64,000 nucleotides of DNA from assembly GCA_947574215.1 (NCBI GenBank), contig CANPIX010000001.1, positions 15,201 through 79,200 of the forward strand. The letters are read 5' to 3'. Source of the DNA: an uncultured Mycoplasmatota bacterium. GTDB taxonomy: Bacteria; Bacillota_I; Bacilli_A; RF39; UBA660. Positions within the stretch are counted from its first letter, which is position 1, and every line of letters begins with the position of its first letter. Shown piece after piece: positions 11,014 through 20,457 of this stretch. Made by a program: the position numbers and the translations under genes. The notes under the pieces are model-generated. The model was not told where the DNA came from and ran no database searches. It worked only from the letters and a program-made list of their open reading frames with translations.

Positions 11014-11090
11014 TGGTAGCGCCGGGGAGATTCGAACTCTCGACCTACCGGGTATGAACCGGTTGCTCTAGCCAACTGAGCTACAGCGCC
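11014..11090 (-). tRNA. tRNA-Met (elongator, anticodon CAU)
   Basis: The reverse complement folds as a 77-nt cloverleaf ending in CCA. Anticodon loop TTCATAC in stem ACCGG/CCGGT. There is no initiator C1-A72 mismatch and no GGG/CCC anticodon stem. The G1-U72 and U6-G67 wobbles match the Bacillus elongator Met tRNA. Confidence 0.8.
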
Positions 11091-11147
11091 ATAAAGAACA
11101 ATATAATAATAACATATTTGTTTAATGCATGCAATACCAAACTCCTA

Positions 11148-11693
11148 TTATTTTTTTATAATTAATTCTCTTTTTTGAATAAGTTCTTCTTCCATTTTTA
11201 CTTCTTCCGTGGGCAAAACAATTGTTTCGCTCATAGTTTTTTCAATTTCTTCTTGCAGCGTATTCATTTTTTTTATAACTTCTAAATTTTCTTCATGTAT
11301 TGCTTTTGTTGAATTTTCCAAATCTGTCCATTTTTTAAACAATTCTTTCTTTTCCTCTTCTAAAAGTTTTATTTCTTGCTTTGCTTTTTTTATCTCATTT
11401 GTACTATTTGTAACAGAATAAGTTGGAAAGCCAAAAACAAATAAAATTCCACTCATGCGATTTAAAAAATGATGTTTCTTTTTAAAAATAATGTTTTTTT
11501 CGTGTTTTTCTATACTTTGTGTAAACTCATTAATTTTATCTTGTTTTTCTGAGATTAATTGCAAAATTTTATCACTTTTTTCTCTAGTTTCAGATAATTG
11601 GTTCAAAAGCAACTCTTCTTTTTTTCTTGCAATTTCTAATTCCTCTTTCAAAACGGCAATACGTTCTAAATTTCTTTTTTCTTTTTCTATCAT
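11148..11693 (-). CDS. hypothetical coiled-coil protein with a central hydrophobic segment
   Basis: ORF. Lys/Glu-rich heptads with a putative TM helix (GILFVFGFPTY). Confidence 0.35.
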   Translation of the reverse strand: MIEKEKRNLERIAVLKEELEIARKKEELLLNQLSETREKSDKILQLISEKQDKINEFTQSIEKHEKNIIFKKKHHFLNRMSGILFVFGFPTYSVTNSTNEIKKAKQEIKLLEEEKKELFKKWTDLENSTKAIHEENLEVIKKMNTLQEEIEKTMSETIVLPTEEVKMEEELIQKRELIIKK

Positions 11694-11743
11694 ATAATTA
11701 TCCCCTTTAGTAGTATAACAAGAAAAAAGAGTTTTTTAAACTC

Positions 11744-12127
11744 TTAAATCCATCTAGCAATATAAATACTTCTAGTTGTATCTTCTTCATAATGGTTAAA
11801 AATAGCAATAATGTTTTCAACAACTATTCGTAATTTATTTTTATATGTTTTTGTTACTTTTACATTAAAAATTTCTTTTTGCATTTTTCTTCTAAATAAA
11901 TTATCATCAATGTATTTTCCCAAAACATAATCAATTTTTTTTACCATTTGCATCTCTTCTTCTTTTTTTATATCAGCTTTAAATATAAAATCCTCATATA
12001 TTTTTATTAACTTTTCACTTACCATATCTTCTTCAAAATATTCAAAGTTAATAATACGATAGAAATTAGGACAAATTTCTAGCACGGCTTTATTTTTGTT
12101 CATCCTATAATACCCTCCCACTATCAT
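11744..12127 (-). CDS. hypothetical protein
   Basis: ORF only. Confidence 0.3.
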   Translation of the reverse strand: MIVGGYYRMNKNKAVLEICPNFYRIINFEYFEEDMVSEKLIKIYEDFIFKADIKKEEEMQMVKKIDYVLGKYIDDNLFRRKMQKEIFNVKVTKTYKNKLRIVVENIIAIFNHYEEDTTRSIYIARWI

Positions 12128-12211
12128 ATAATCATGATACTACAACTTAAATTTTTTGTAAATAGTTTCTAAGTATGTTATAATGAAGCCATAATAGAAA
12201 GAAGGCTTTCC

Positions 12212-13174
12212 ATGGGAAAATTAAAGTTAAAAAAAGATATTGCAGTAAAAGGAATTATTGTATTTATAATTTTGGTTGTTGGAATTATTTTAGGTCTTAA
12301 TTTTTATAATGATTACAAATACAAACAAACCTTTGAATACAAATTAATTGAGCATGGATATACATTAGAGGAAGCTAAAAATTTGGTTAACTTTTATAAA
12401 AAAGATGAAATTTTAAATGCTCTACTTATAAGAGAAAAAAATTCATATATTTTAGAACTTATAAAAGAAAAGTATTATATACACAATAATTTGGATCGAT
12501 ATATTACTTATCATGAAAAAAAGCCAGAGTTCTCTAATACAGATGTTATAGCGATTGTAAACGTTTATGCCGATTATAAACATTATGAACACGATATTGA
12601 AACCGATATTGAAAAAGGAATTTTATTAAATGTTAATAAATATTATACTTTACCAGAAGATTTTACACCTATAGATATTTCTGATATTAGTCTTCGCTAT
12701 TCCTACTCGGGTAATAAAATTACTAAAGAAGCCAACGATGCTTATGTTTCTATGTGGAACGCTGCAAATCGTGCTGGTTTTACCTTAATTGTAAATTCTA
12801 GCTTTAGAGATTTTGCATCACAAGATAGAGTTTATAATAATATTAAAGCAAGTAGCGGTATGAAAGAAGCCGATAAAGTTGCCGCAAGACCTGGACACTC
12901 AGAGCACCAAACAGGACTTGCCATTGACGTATTTGAAGTAGGAAATCAATCTACAGAGACTTTTAAAGATTCTCCCGCTTATACTTGGCTAAAAGAAAAT
13001 GCTCATCTCTATGGATTTATCGAGCGATATCCAGAGAATAAAGAGTATTTAACTGGATACAGTTTTGAAGCTTGGCACTGGAGATATGTTGGAGAAGATG
13101 TTGCTAAAATAATCCATGATGAAAACATAACTTACGACGAATACTACGCTTATTACATAGAAAACCAATCTTAA
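12212..13174 (+). CDS. D-alanyl-D-alanine carboxypeptidase, peptidase M15B (VanY-like), membrane-anchored
   Basis: SEHQTGLAIDV zinc-ligand motif and an N-terminal TM helix. Confidence 0.75.
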   Translation: MGKLKLKKDIAVKGIIVFIILVVGIILGLNFYNDYKYKQTFEYKLIEHGYTLEEAKNLVNFYKKDEILNALLIREKNSYILELIKEKYYIHNNLDRYITYHEKKPEFSNTDVIAIVNVYADYKHYEHDIETDIEKGILLNVNKYYTLPEDFTPIDISDISLRYSYSGNKITKEANDAYVSMWNAANRAGFTLIVNSSFRDFASQDRVYNNIKASSGMKEADKVAARPGHSEHQTGLAIDVFEVGNQSTETFKDSPAYTWLKENAHLYGFIERYPENKEYLTGYSFEAWHWRYVGEDVAKIIHDENITYDEYYAYYIENQS

Positions 13175-13284
13175 TGATAAAAATCTCGTTTTTTGAAAAA
13201 AGAAACGATGTTTTTATTATGAAGAGAAAATAAGAATATTTGTACTTCGCTATTTAAATAAAAGATAGTAAAAATAGAATTTAA

Positions 13285-13312
13285 AAAATATCCTTTTTTG
13301 GATATTTTATTT
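13285..13312. terminator. bidirectional rho-independent terminator
   Basis: aatatcc-tttttt-ggatatt hairpin flanked by A-run and T-run, between convergent VanY-like and rplT genes. Confidence 0.55.
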
Positions 13313-13867
13313 TAAATTATTAATTAATTCTTCTTTTTTCATTGTAGAATAACCTTTAACACCTTGATCTTTTGCTATTGCTTTTAATTCTGTTAAAGTC
13401 ATTTTACTATAATCTTTTATTTCCTCTTTAGATGACACTTTTACTTCCTCTTTTGCTGGACTTAATTTTTGCTCTTCTTTAACTATTGCTTTTTCCACTT
13501 GTTTTTTACCGTTTTTTAATGCATCTTTTGCAACATTTACTAAATTAGCAAATCCTACTGCATCATCAATAGCTAATTCTGATAACATTTTTCTATTCAC
13601 TTCAATTCCTGCAATATTAAGTCCATTAATAAATTTAGAATAACTGATATCATTTTCACGACATCCTGCGTTTATTCTTGTTATCCATAATTTACGGAAA
13701 TTTCTTTTATTTGCTCTTCTATCACGATAAGCGTACTCTCCGCTATGAAATACTTGTTCTTGTGCTGTTTTATATAATCTATGTTTGCTTCCAAAATACC
13801 CTTTGGCTTGTTTTAATACTTTTCTTCTTCTGTTTTTAGAAACAGTTCCACCTTTAACTCTTGTCAT
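13307..13867 (-). CDS. rplT: 50S ribosomal protein L20 with ~65-aa C-terminal Rho_N/SAP-like extension
   Basis: The first ~120 aa match L20 ([29 protein letters not shown]...WITRINAG...IEVNRKML). The extra tail ends in [27 protein letters not shown], a Rho_N-type motif. Confidence 0.85.
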   Translation of the reverse strand: MTRVKGGTVSKNRRRKVLKQAKGYFGSKHRLYKTAQEQVFHSGEYAYRDRRANKRNFRKLWITRINAGCRENDISYSKFINGLNIAGIEVNRKMLSELAIDDAVGFANLVNVAKDALKNGKKQVEKAIVKEEQKLSPAKEEVKVSSKEEIKDYSKMTLTELKAIAKDQGVKGYSTMKKEELINNLK

Positions 13868-13882
13868 TTATAACCTTCCTTA

Positions 13883-14080
13883 CTAGATTACTGACTTGAT
13901 TCTGTCAGTATCTCCTTTACTTAGTGTTCCTTGTTTTCTTCTGTGTCTAATTTGTTTTGCACTATCTTTATTGGTTTTATGATTTCCACCTGATTTTTTA
14001 TAAGATAATGTTCCATTCGCACGTTTTTTAAACACTTTACTACTTGCTTTGTGTGTTTTTTGTTTTGGTCCTTTTGCCAT
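13883..14080 (-). CDS. rpmI: 50S ribosomal protein L35
   Basis: MAKGPKQKTHKASSKVFKKR...LSKGD. 65 aa, basic. Confidence 0.8.
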   Translation of the reverse strand: MAKGPKQKTHKASSKVFKKRANGTLSYKKSGGNHKTNKDSAKQIRHRRKQGTLSKGDTDRIKSVI

Positions 14081-14095
14081 TGTAATCCTTCTTTC

Positions 14096-14626
14096 TTATT
14101 TTTCTTTTTTTGGTGCTAAAATGATATACATACTTCTACCTTCCATTTTTGGTTCAGTTTCTGTAATTGCAAACTCACTTAAGCTATCGGCAAATTTTAA
14201 TAAGACATCACGCCCTAATTCTGTATGAGCCATTTGTCTTCCTTTAAAACGAACTATGCCTTTAATTTTATGTCCTTTTTCTAAATATTCTTTTGCGTTT
14301 CTAGAACGAGTATCGAAATCATGCACATCAATTGTTACAGACAAACGATATTCTTTGACTTCTTTATTTGTCTCACGTTGCTTTTTTTGAGCTTCTTTTA
14401 ATTTTTTTTGTTTCTCGTATTTATATTTATTGTAATCCATTACTTTAGCAACTGCAGGTGTTGCCCCAGCGTTCATTAAAACCAAATCAAGTCCTGCGTA
14501 ATTAGCAAGTGTTAAAGCATCTTCTAGTTTTTTTAAGCCCATTTGTTCTCCATTTGGTCCTATAACCATCAACTCTGCAACTCTAATTTGTTCATTAATT
14601 GGCAAGTCGTTTTTATTATTTGCTAT
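14096..14626 (-). CDS. infC: translation initiation factor IF-3, non-AUG start (ATA/ATT upstream of the TTG shown in the track)
   Basis: IF-3 N- and C-domains (LDLVLMN, ATPAVAKVMDYNKYKYE, RLSVTIDVHDFDTRSRNA). The tracked start is TTG at 14605. GGAGG lies at 14640-14636, with in-frame ATT (14632) and ATA (14626) 3 to 9 nt after it. Confidence 0.85.
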   Translation of the reverse strand: MANNKNDLPINEQIRVAELMVIGPNGEQMGLKKLEDALTLANYAGLDLVLMNAGATPAVAKVMDYNKYKYEKQKKLKEAQKKQRETNKEVKEYRLSVTIDVHDFDTRSRNAKEYLEKGHKIKGIVRFKGRQMAHTELGRDVLLKFADSLSEFAITETEPKMEGRSMYIILAPKKEK

Positions 14627-14639
14627 ATAAATGCACCTC

Positions 14640-14770
14640 CATACATTTTAAAAGGTAGATACACTTGTATCCACCTAAAAAAGCAAAAATCACACTATTT
14701 TTTGGCTTTCAACCTATTTGCTTTTGCAAATCAGGTGGACTGGATATAAGTCTCTTTCCTTTTTGTAACA
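14640..14770 (-). promoter_or_regulatory. putative infC leader (L20-responsive, autoregulatory region)
   Basis: ~130-nt untranslated leader between the predicted TSS and infC, with an AAAAGCAAA...TTTGCTTTT hairpin. Position is analogous to the Firmicute infC-rpmI-rplT L20 leader. Confidence 0.35.
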
Positions 14771-14775
14771 ACTAG

Positions 14776-14805
14776 ATTATATAGTATATTTTATGTGATT
14801 GTCAA
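14776..14805 (-). promoter_or_regulatory. sigmaA-type promoter for infC-rpmI-rplT (-35 TTGACA, 18-nt spacer, -10 TATAAT)
   Basis: On the minus strand, TTGACA at 14805-14800 and TATAAT at 14781-14776. Confidence 0.55.
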
Positions 14806-14897
14806 GAAGAATTTGCATAAAAATAGATAAAATCTATAACTTTTTTTAATTTGTTTTGTAAAATTCATTAAATAGTTTTTCATATAAAAAAGGAGTA

Positions 14898-15326
14898 TTA
14901 TTTACTCTCGTAATCCTTCAATATTTTTTTAATTCCAATGTATGGCAATAATGCACATTTTTTTCTATTTCCTTGTTTGTAGATTTCGTTGTATACAATG
15001 CCTTCATTTAACACTTCTTCTTTGTATTCTTGTTCATTTACCATTGCATCAAAATTAGCAATATATTCTTTGGCTTCTTCTATTGTTTTCCCAAGTAAAT
15101 TTGTAATCATAATGGATGTAGAAGAAGTAGAAATCGCACAAGCCTCTCCTTGAAATTTAATATCATTAATAATTCCGTTTTCAATTAAAACATATATATC
15201 CAAATTATCAATACAAGATTCATTATTAGAATTCACTTTAATATACCTTTCATCTTCTACGTTTTCTTTATTTTTAGGATTTTGGTAATGATCAAGTAGG
15301 ATTTCCCTTCTTACATTTTCATCCAT
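14898..15326 (-). CDS. sufU: SUF Fe-S cluster scaffold SufU (IscU/NifU-like)
   Basis: GEACAISTSSTSIM. Follows the cysteine desulfurase gene with a 1-nt overlap. Confidence 0.8.
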   Translation of the reverse strand: MDENVRREILLDHYQNPKNKENVEDERYIKVNSNNESCIDNLDIYVLIENGIINDIKFQGEACAISTSSTSIMITNLLGKTIEEAKEYIANFDAMVNEQEYKEEVLNEGIVYNEIYKQGNRKKCALLPYIGIKKILKDYESK

Positions 15327-16522
15327 TATAACATCTCCTTCAAGATTTTATCTTTATCCATTAGTAATTCCACTAACATATCTACTTCTTCTATTGTATT
15401 ATAAAAATACAAACTCACTCGAATTGTATTGTTTACTCCTACTTCTTTTTTTAAAATTTTTGCGCAATGATTTCCAGCACGAACACAAATTCCGTATTTA
15501 TTTAAATAATAAGCAATGTCTTGACTAAAAATGTTTTCTATATTAAAAGACACAATTCCACTATCGCTCTCTAAATTAATTAAATCAATATGTGGTATAG
15601 TAATCAATCTATCTACTAAATACTTTCTTAATTTCTTTTCATATGTGGCAATAGTTTCTAAGCCAATGGTTTCTAAATATTTTATTGCTTCTCCAAAAGC
15701 AATAACTCCTGCAATATTTGGCGTTCCCGCTTCTAAGCGCGTTGGCAATTCTTTATAATACATCTCATGCTCATTATCGAAAGATTCGTTCATACCACCA
15801 CCTAAAAGCATAGGCTCTACATTTTCTAAAAGTTCTTTTTTTCCATATAAAACTCCTACTCCAGTTGGTCCACACATTTTGTGAGCAGAAAATGTTAAAA
15901 AATCAATATCTAAATCTTGTACATCGGTTTTAATATGCCCGATACTTTGTGCAGCATCTACTACAACAAAAATATTGTTCTGATGAGCAAACTCTACAAT
16001 CTCTTTAATCGGTCGAATATCTCCAATTACATTTGTAATATAAGCAAGACTAATTACTTTTGTATTTGGCGTAACCATTTTTTTCACATTGTCTAAAGTC
16101 ACATAATGGTTGTCATCTAAGGGAATATAACTGATTTTGATTCCATTTGTATTTGCTAGAGCAAACCAAGGCAAAACGTTTGAAGCGTGTTCTGATTTCG
16201 TAAGTAGAACTTCATCTCCTGGTTCTAATAAATTCTTAAAAAAGCCACTTGTTACTAAATTCAAACTCTCAGTAGAACCTGCTGTAAAAATAATTTCTTC
16301 TAAGTGTTTTGCATTAATAAATTTTCGAACCAAATCTCTAGTATTTTCATATTCCTGATCTACTCTGTATGCAATGTCGTAATCTCCTCTATGACTACTT
16401 GCTCCATACTTGCTATAATATTCAACCGTTTTATCAATGACACATTTTGGTTTTAAAGTAGTAGCTCCATTGTCAAAATAAACTATGTCTTGTTCTAACA
16501 TGGGAAAATCTTCTCTATTCAT
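15326..16522 (-). CDS. sufS: cysteine desulfurase SufS (class V aminotransferase)
   Basis: PLP-lysine motif SAHKMCGPTGVGVLYG. Catalytic Cys in HCAKIL. Confidence 0.85.
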   Translation of the reverse strand: MNREDFPMLEQDIVYFDNGATTLKPKCVIDKTVEYYSKYGASSHRGDYDIAYRVDQEYENTRDLVRKFINAKHLEEIIFTAGSTESLNLVTSGFFKNLLEPGDEVLLTKSEHASNVLPWFALANTNGIKISYIPLDDNHYVTLDNVKKMVTPNTKVISLAYITNVIGDIRPIKEIVEFAHQNNIFVVVDAAQSIGHIKTDVQDLDIDFLTFSAHKMCGPTGVGVLYGKKELLENVEPMLLGGGMNESFDNEHEMYYKELPTRLEAGTPNIAGVIAFGEAIKYLETIGLETIATYEKKLRKYLVDRLITIPHIDLINLESDSGIVSFNIENIFSQDIAYYLNKYGICVRAGNHCAKILKKEVGVNNTIRVSLYFYNTIEEVDMLVELLMDKDKILKEML

Positions 16523-16534
16523 TCATTTCACCTC

Positions 16535-17191
16535 CTAGTTCTTTAAATTTTCTTTTTCTATAATGCCTTTTAAAAAGCCTTCCTTGATTAAAGACTCGGC
16601 TTTTTCTTTTGTTAAACCTTTACTTTCTAAATAAAAAAGTTCGCTTTTCTCAACAGGGGCAATTGTTGCATTATGAGTTGCATGAATGGAATCGCTTTTC
16701 ACAACTAAATCTGGCTTTATTTTAATACGATTGTTCTCATTAGTAATTGCTTTTATGTCTTCTAAATAGACATTATTCTTAGTTTCTTCTTCAATTTGAC
16801 CCAATGCTTGTACAATTAAAGTCCCACCATTTTCAACAGCTCGAACAAAAATTTGATTGTTATTGTTGGACGTATTAAGAGTATTATATATATCAAGAAT
16901 ATTTTCACCCTTGTAAGAACAAGCGTAATGCAAATCAATTCCTGAATCTTCTTCATTCTGAATCGTAATTTTATTTTGGCTATTTTCCACTTGAATCAAA
17001 AATTCCAATGTTAAGTGACTTTCCTTTTCTAAATGAATATTTAATTCTTTATTGGTAAAGGTTTTAATTCCACAATATACATTTCCTTTTACAGATAAAT
17101 TTAAACAATCGGGAAATATATCAATAATTACTTCTTCTTCCTGTAATTGTAATTCTTCTTGTTCTACTATTATTTTATTCACCTTTATCAC
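16535..17191 (-). CDS. sufD: short SufB/SufD-family protein (mini-SufD)
   Basis: C-terminal SufBD signature DSIHATHNATIAPVEKSELFYLESKGL. Only 218 aa. Overlaps sufC. Confidence 0.6.
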   Translation of the reverse strand: MIKVNKIIVEQEELQLQEEEVIIDIFPDCLNLSVKGNVYCGIKTFTNKELNIHLEKESHLTLEFLIQVENSQNKITIQNEEDSGIDLHYACSYKGENILDIYNTLNTSNNNNQIFVRAVENGGTLIVQALGQIEEETKNNVYLEDIKAITNENNRIKIKPDLVVKSDSIHATHNATIAPVEKSELFYLESKGLTKEKAESLIKEGFLKGIIEKENLKN

Positions 17192-17957
17192 TCTTATCTA
17201 TAATGCTTGCCCCAGAAAATCCTTCTTTAAATATTTTTTCTGCTAAATTTATATCTCCTGTTACTTCAATTTTCTTTTGATTTAGGATATGAACATAATT
17301 TGGCTTCAAAATATCTACTAACGCTTTTTGGTGTGTAATTATTAAAATACTTGGTTTATAAAGTTCATAGTATTCTTTTAACGAATTTGCTACCAACTTT
17401 AAAGAATCCACATCAAGTCCTGAATCAATTTCATCTAAAATAATAAATTTTGGCTCTAACATCCATAGATGAAGAAGTTCCATTTTCTTTTTTTCTCCAC
17501 CACTCATATTGTAGTTGATATCACGATGGATAAAATCTTTAGGTATTCCTAATTTTTCACAATAACTTATCATTTTACGATTAAATTCTAAAATATTTAA
17601 TTCGTTTTTTCCCTGATCGATTAAGGAAGTTCTTAACATTTCTGCATTCGTAACTCCTTTTATTTCTACTGGGTTTTGACTTATTAAAAAAACACCACAT
17701 CTTGCTACGTCGGTCGTATTCATTTGTAACAAATCTTTGTCATCCAAAATAAGTTTTCCTTTACTAACTTCATAATTTGTATCTCGTAAAAGAACTTTGG
17801 TAATGGTTGATTTTCCTGCACCATTTTGTCCCATCAAAGCGTGTATTTCACCAGAGTGAATTTCTAAATTAAAATTTTCTAAAATCGTTTTTTCTAAAAC
17901 TTTTACTACTAAATTTTCTATTTTTAACATACGTAACACCCATAAGTATTGTACCAA
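17175..17957 (-). CDS. sufC: Fe-S cluster assembly ATPase SufC
   Basis: Walker A GQNGAGKST. ABC signature MSGGEKKKMELL. ~260 aa. Confidence 0.8.
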   Translation of the reverse strand: MVQYLWVLRMLKIENLVVKVLEKTILENFNLEIHSGEIHALMGQNGAGKSTITKVLLRDTNYEVSKGKLILDDKDLLQMNTTDVARCGVFLISQNPVEIKGVTNAEMLRTSLIDQGKNELNILEFNRKMISYCEKLGIPKDFIHRDINYNMSGGEKKKMELLHLWMLEPKFIILDEIDSGLDVDSLKLVANSLKEYYELYKPSILIITHQKALVDILKPNYVHILNQKKIEVTGDINLAEKIFKEGFSGASIIDKSDKGE

Positions 17958-18093
17958 ATTCTATATAGTAAGTCTAGAAAAGGAAAATCATCTTCCTTTT
18001 AATTATTGGTAATTTTATTTTAGAATACACAATAATAATTACTAAATAAATAAAAAGGCTCCCCCTACAAGTTTTAAAAAAATGGAAAGAAAG

Positions 18094-18118
18094 CAAAAAA
18101 GCCTCTAAAATAGAGACT
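18094..18118 (-). terminator. rho-independent terminator downstream of ABC-2 permease gene
   Basis: gtctcta-ttt-tagaggc hairpin followed by T6 on the minus strand. Confidence 0.45.
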
Positions 18119-18123
18119 TCTTT

Positions 18124-19443
18124 TTATTTTTCTTTTACCGATTTAAAAATCTTTTTCCATAAATCTTGACTAGAATAATTTAATATTCCTACTTTGTAAA
18201 TACGAAGTCCAAAATAGAATAATAAATACGTAACCCCACCACAAATAATAGTGGAAATTACAAGTTCTAATAAGCTAATTTGCCCTAATAGATATATGAC
18301 TGGAGCAATTAAGAAAGAAAGCATTGGTATATATGCAACTATTTTCACGAACAACGCTCCTTCAAAAGCGGAGGCCATAATCGCAATATAATAGCCAACA
18401 AGCAAAATAATCATAAGAGGGGTTTGAAGCTGTTGATAGTCTTCAATATTAGTTGTCATAGATGCAAGAACTCCTGCAACAATGGCGTAAGCTAAGAAAC
18501 TAAAAATAAACAATAAAAGGATAAATGGTGCACCTTTTAATAATAAATCAAGAACTCCTGTATTTTTAACCATATTTAGAGTATCACTTACATAGCCACT
18601 TACTTCTTCTGGTACGGTTCCTACAAAAGATGAGGTTAGAAGTTTTCTTATTAATAAAGCAATCAAAGCATAGCCAATTAAAATAAGAGCCTGCAAGACA
18701 ACAAAGAGAGTGGAAGAAATTATTTTGGAAGCAAAATGAATTTTTGGTGAAACATTAGAAATAATAATTTCCATACTTCTTGTTGATTTTTCATCGTTGA
18801 TTTCTGCACCAATCATTTGCGTTAACATCGTAATTAATAAAAAGAATGGTACAATCAAAACAATTATTAATCCACTAGAAACAATATTGTGACCTTCCGC
18901 ATTTTCTTCTAATTCTGGGTTGGTAACTTCCTTACTTATACTAACATTGCTTGTAAGGGCTGCTATCTCATTTTCTGAAATCCCACTATTTTGTAATACA
19001 TAGGCTGATTTTATGCCATTTAGACTCGTTTGTAGCAATTGTTCTGTAATAGTTCCTAATGGATCAAAACTTATAACATTTGCTTTAATGTATTCCTCAT
19101 TTGATAAGGAAATATTTAAAATCACACTATCTTTTTCTTTAATTTCTTCTTTTAATTCATCTATAGATTTTGTTGTATTTTCAAGTTCATAATTTCCTAA
19201 ATCTTCTAAAGATTGGGCCAACGTTTTAAAATTCTTTTCAAAAAGTGTGTATGCATTGGCTTCATCCACTACATAAATTTTTGTACTATTTTCAAAATCA
19301 CCACCAAAAAAGCTAATAACACGATCAATATTTACTACCCCAATTAATAATATCAATATTAAAATATTGGCAACTTTAAACCATTTTGTTTTGATTTTCT
19401 TTTTTAAACTTTGTTTAATTAAAAATTTCAATTTAGTTTTCAT
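18124..19443 (-). CDS. ABC-2 family transporter permease
   Basis: Multi-TM protein translationally coupled to the upstream ATPase. Confidence 0.65.
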   Translation of the reverse strand: MKTKLKFLIKQSLKKKIKTKWFKVANILILILLIGVVNIDRVISFFGGDFENSTKIYVVDEANAYTLFEKNFKTLAQSLEDLGNYELENTTKSIDELKEEIKEKDSVILNISLSNEEYIKANVISFDPLGTITEQLLQTSLNGIKSAYVLQNSGISENEIAALTSNVSISKEVTNPELEENAEGHNIVSSGLIIVLIVPFFLLITMLTQMIGAEINDEKSTRSMEIIISNVSPKIHFASKIISSTLFVVLQALILIGYALIALLIRKLLTSSFVGTVPEEVSGYVSDTLNMVKNTGVLDLLLKGAPFILLLFIFSFLAYAIVAGVLASMTTNIEDYQQLQTPLMIILLVGYYIAIMASAFEGALFVKIVAYIPMLSFLIAPVIYLLGQISLLELVISTIICGGVTYLLFYFGLRIYKVGILNYSSQDLWKKIFKSVKEK

Positions 19444-20374
19444 AATTCACTCCCACTTTCTCTAAGAAAATTTCATTTAAAGTGGCATCTTCAACAACAA
19501 ATTTGGTAACATCTTGGCATTTTTTTATAAATTCAAAAACATTTTTAACATTTTCATCGCTTTTGATTTTTACGACCATTTCGGTTTCGTTTACGAGAAC
19601 TTCCAATACGCCTTCTACTTTCTTTAAAGCTTCCACATCTATGTGATTGGCTTCAATATGAATATTTTTTTTACGATACTCTTTTTTTATTTGCTTTAAC
19701 TCTCCCGCTAAAACACTTTTTCCATGTACCAAAACCACTAATTTCTCACAAAACATTTCTACATGTTCCATACGATGAGACGAAAAGATTATGCTAGTTC
19801 CCTTGTTTTTTAATTCACGAATCACATCCATAAATTGTTGAACGTTTATAGGGTCTAATCCTGAAAATGGTTCATCTAGAATTAATAATTTTGGTTCATT
19901 TATGATGGCTGTAATAAATTGAACTTTTTGTTGATTTCCTTTGGATAATTCCTTTATTTTACGATCTTTGTAATCGGTAATATGAAAACGATCCAACCAA
20001 TACTCTAACTTTTCTAAAATCTTTTTTTCTTCCATTCCCTTTAAAATTCCATAATAAATGGCTTGTTCTTTTACCGTTAGTTTTGTAAGCAAACTTCTCT
20101 CTTCGGTCAAAAAACCAATTTTATCGGTTACAGAATAATCAATTGGCAATCCGTCTAGAGTAATACTGCCTTCTGTTTTATCTAAAAGACCATTAATCAT
20201 TCGAAATGTTGTTGTTTTTCCAGCTCCATTAACACCCAAAAGTCCAAAGATTTCACCATCTTTTACTTCAAATGTTAAATGATCAACTGCTAGAAAATTG
20301 CCATAATATTTTGTTACATTTTCTACTTTTAACATATAACTTCCTCCTAAATAAATTATAACACAATCTATCAA
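19433..20374 (-). CDS. ABC transporter ATP-binding protein
   Basis: Walker A GVNGAGKTT, LSKGNQQKV signature, Walker B ILDEP. Confidence 0.8.
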   Translation of the reverse strand: MIDCVIIYLGGSYMLKVENVTKYYGNFLAVDHLTFEVKDGEIFGLLGVNGAGKTTTFRMINGLLDKTEGSITLDGLPIDYSVTDKIGFLTEERSLLTKLTVKEQAIYYGILKGMEEKKILEKLEYWLDRFHITDYKDRKIKELSKGNQQKVQFITAIINEPKLLILDEPFSGLDPINVQQFMDVIRELKNKGTSIIFSSHRMEHVEMFCEKLVVLVHGKSVLAGELKQIKKEYRKKNIHIEANHIDVEALKKVEGVLEVLVNETEMVVKIKSDENVKNVFEFIKKCQDVTKFVVEDATLNEIFLEKVGVNYEN

Positions 20375-20457
20375 GAATTTGCTTTTTTAATTCTTTTAAA
20401 TGTTCCTTTTATACGTTTGTGTATAAATTCCCATTTTCTTTTCCATAAATTTATCAA

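Noticed and set aside
11014-11090. Initiator tRNA-fMet or tRNA-Ile2 (lysidine) identity for the CAU tRNA
   Set aside because: It lacks the three consecutive G-C pairs in the anticodon stem and the 1-72 mismatch of initiators. The acceptor stem pattern (G1-U72, U6-G67) and the TTCATAC loop match elongator Met of Bacillus. Ile2 remains a minor possibility.
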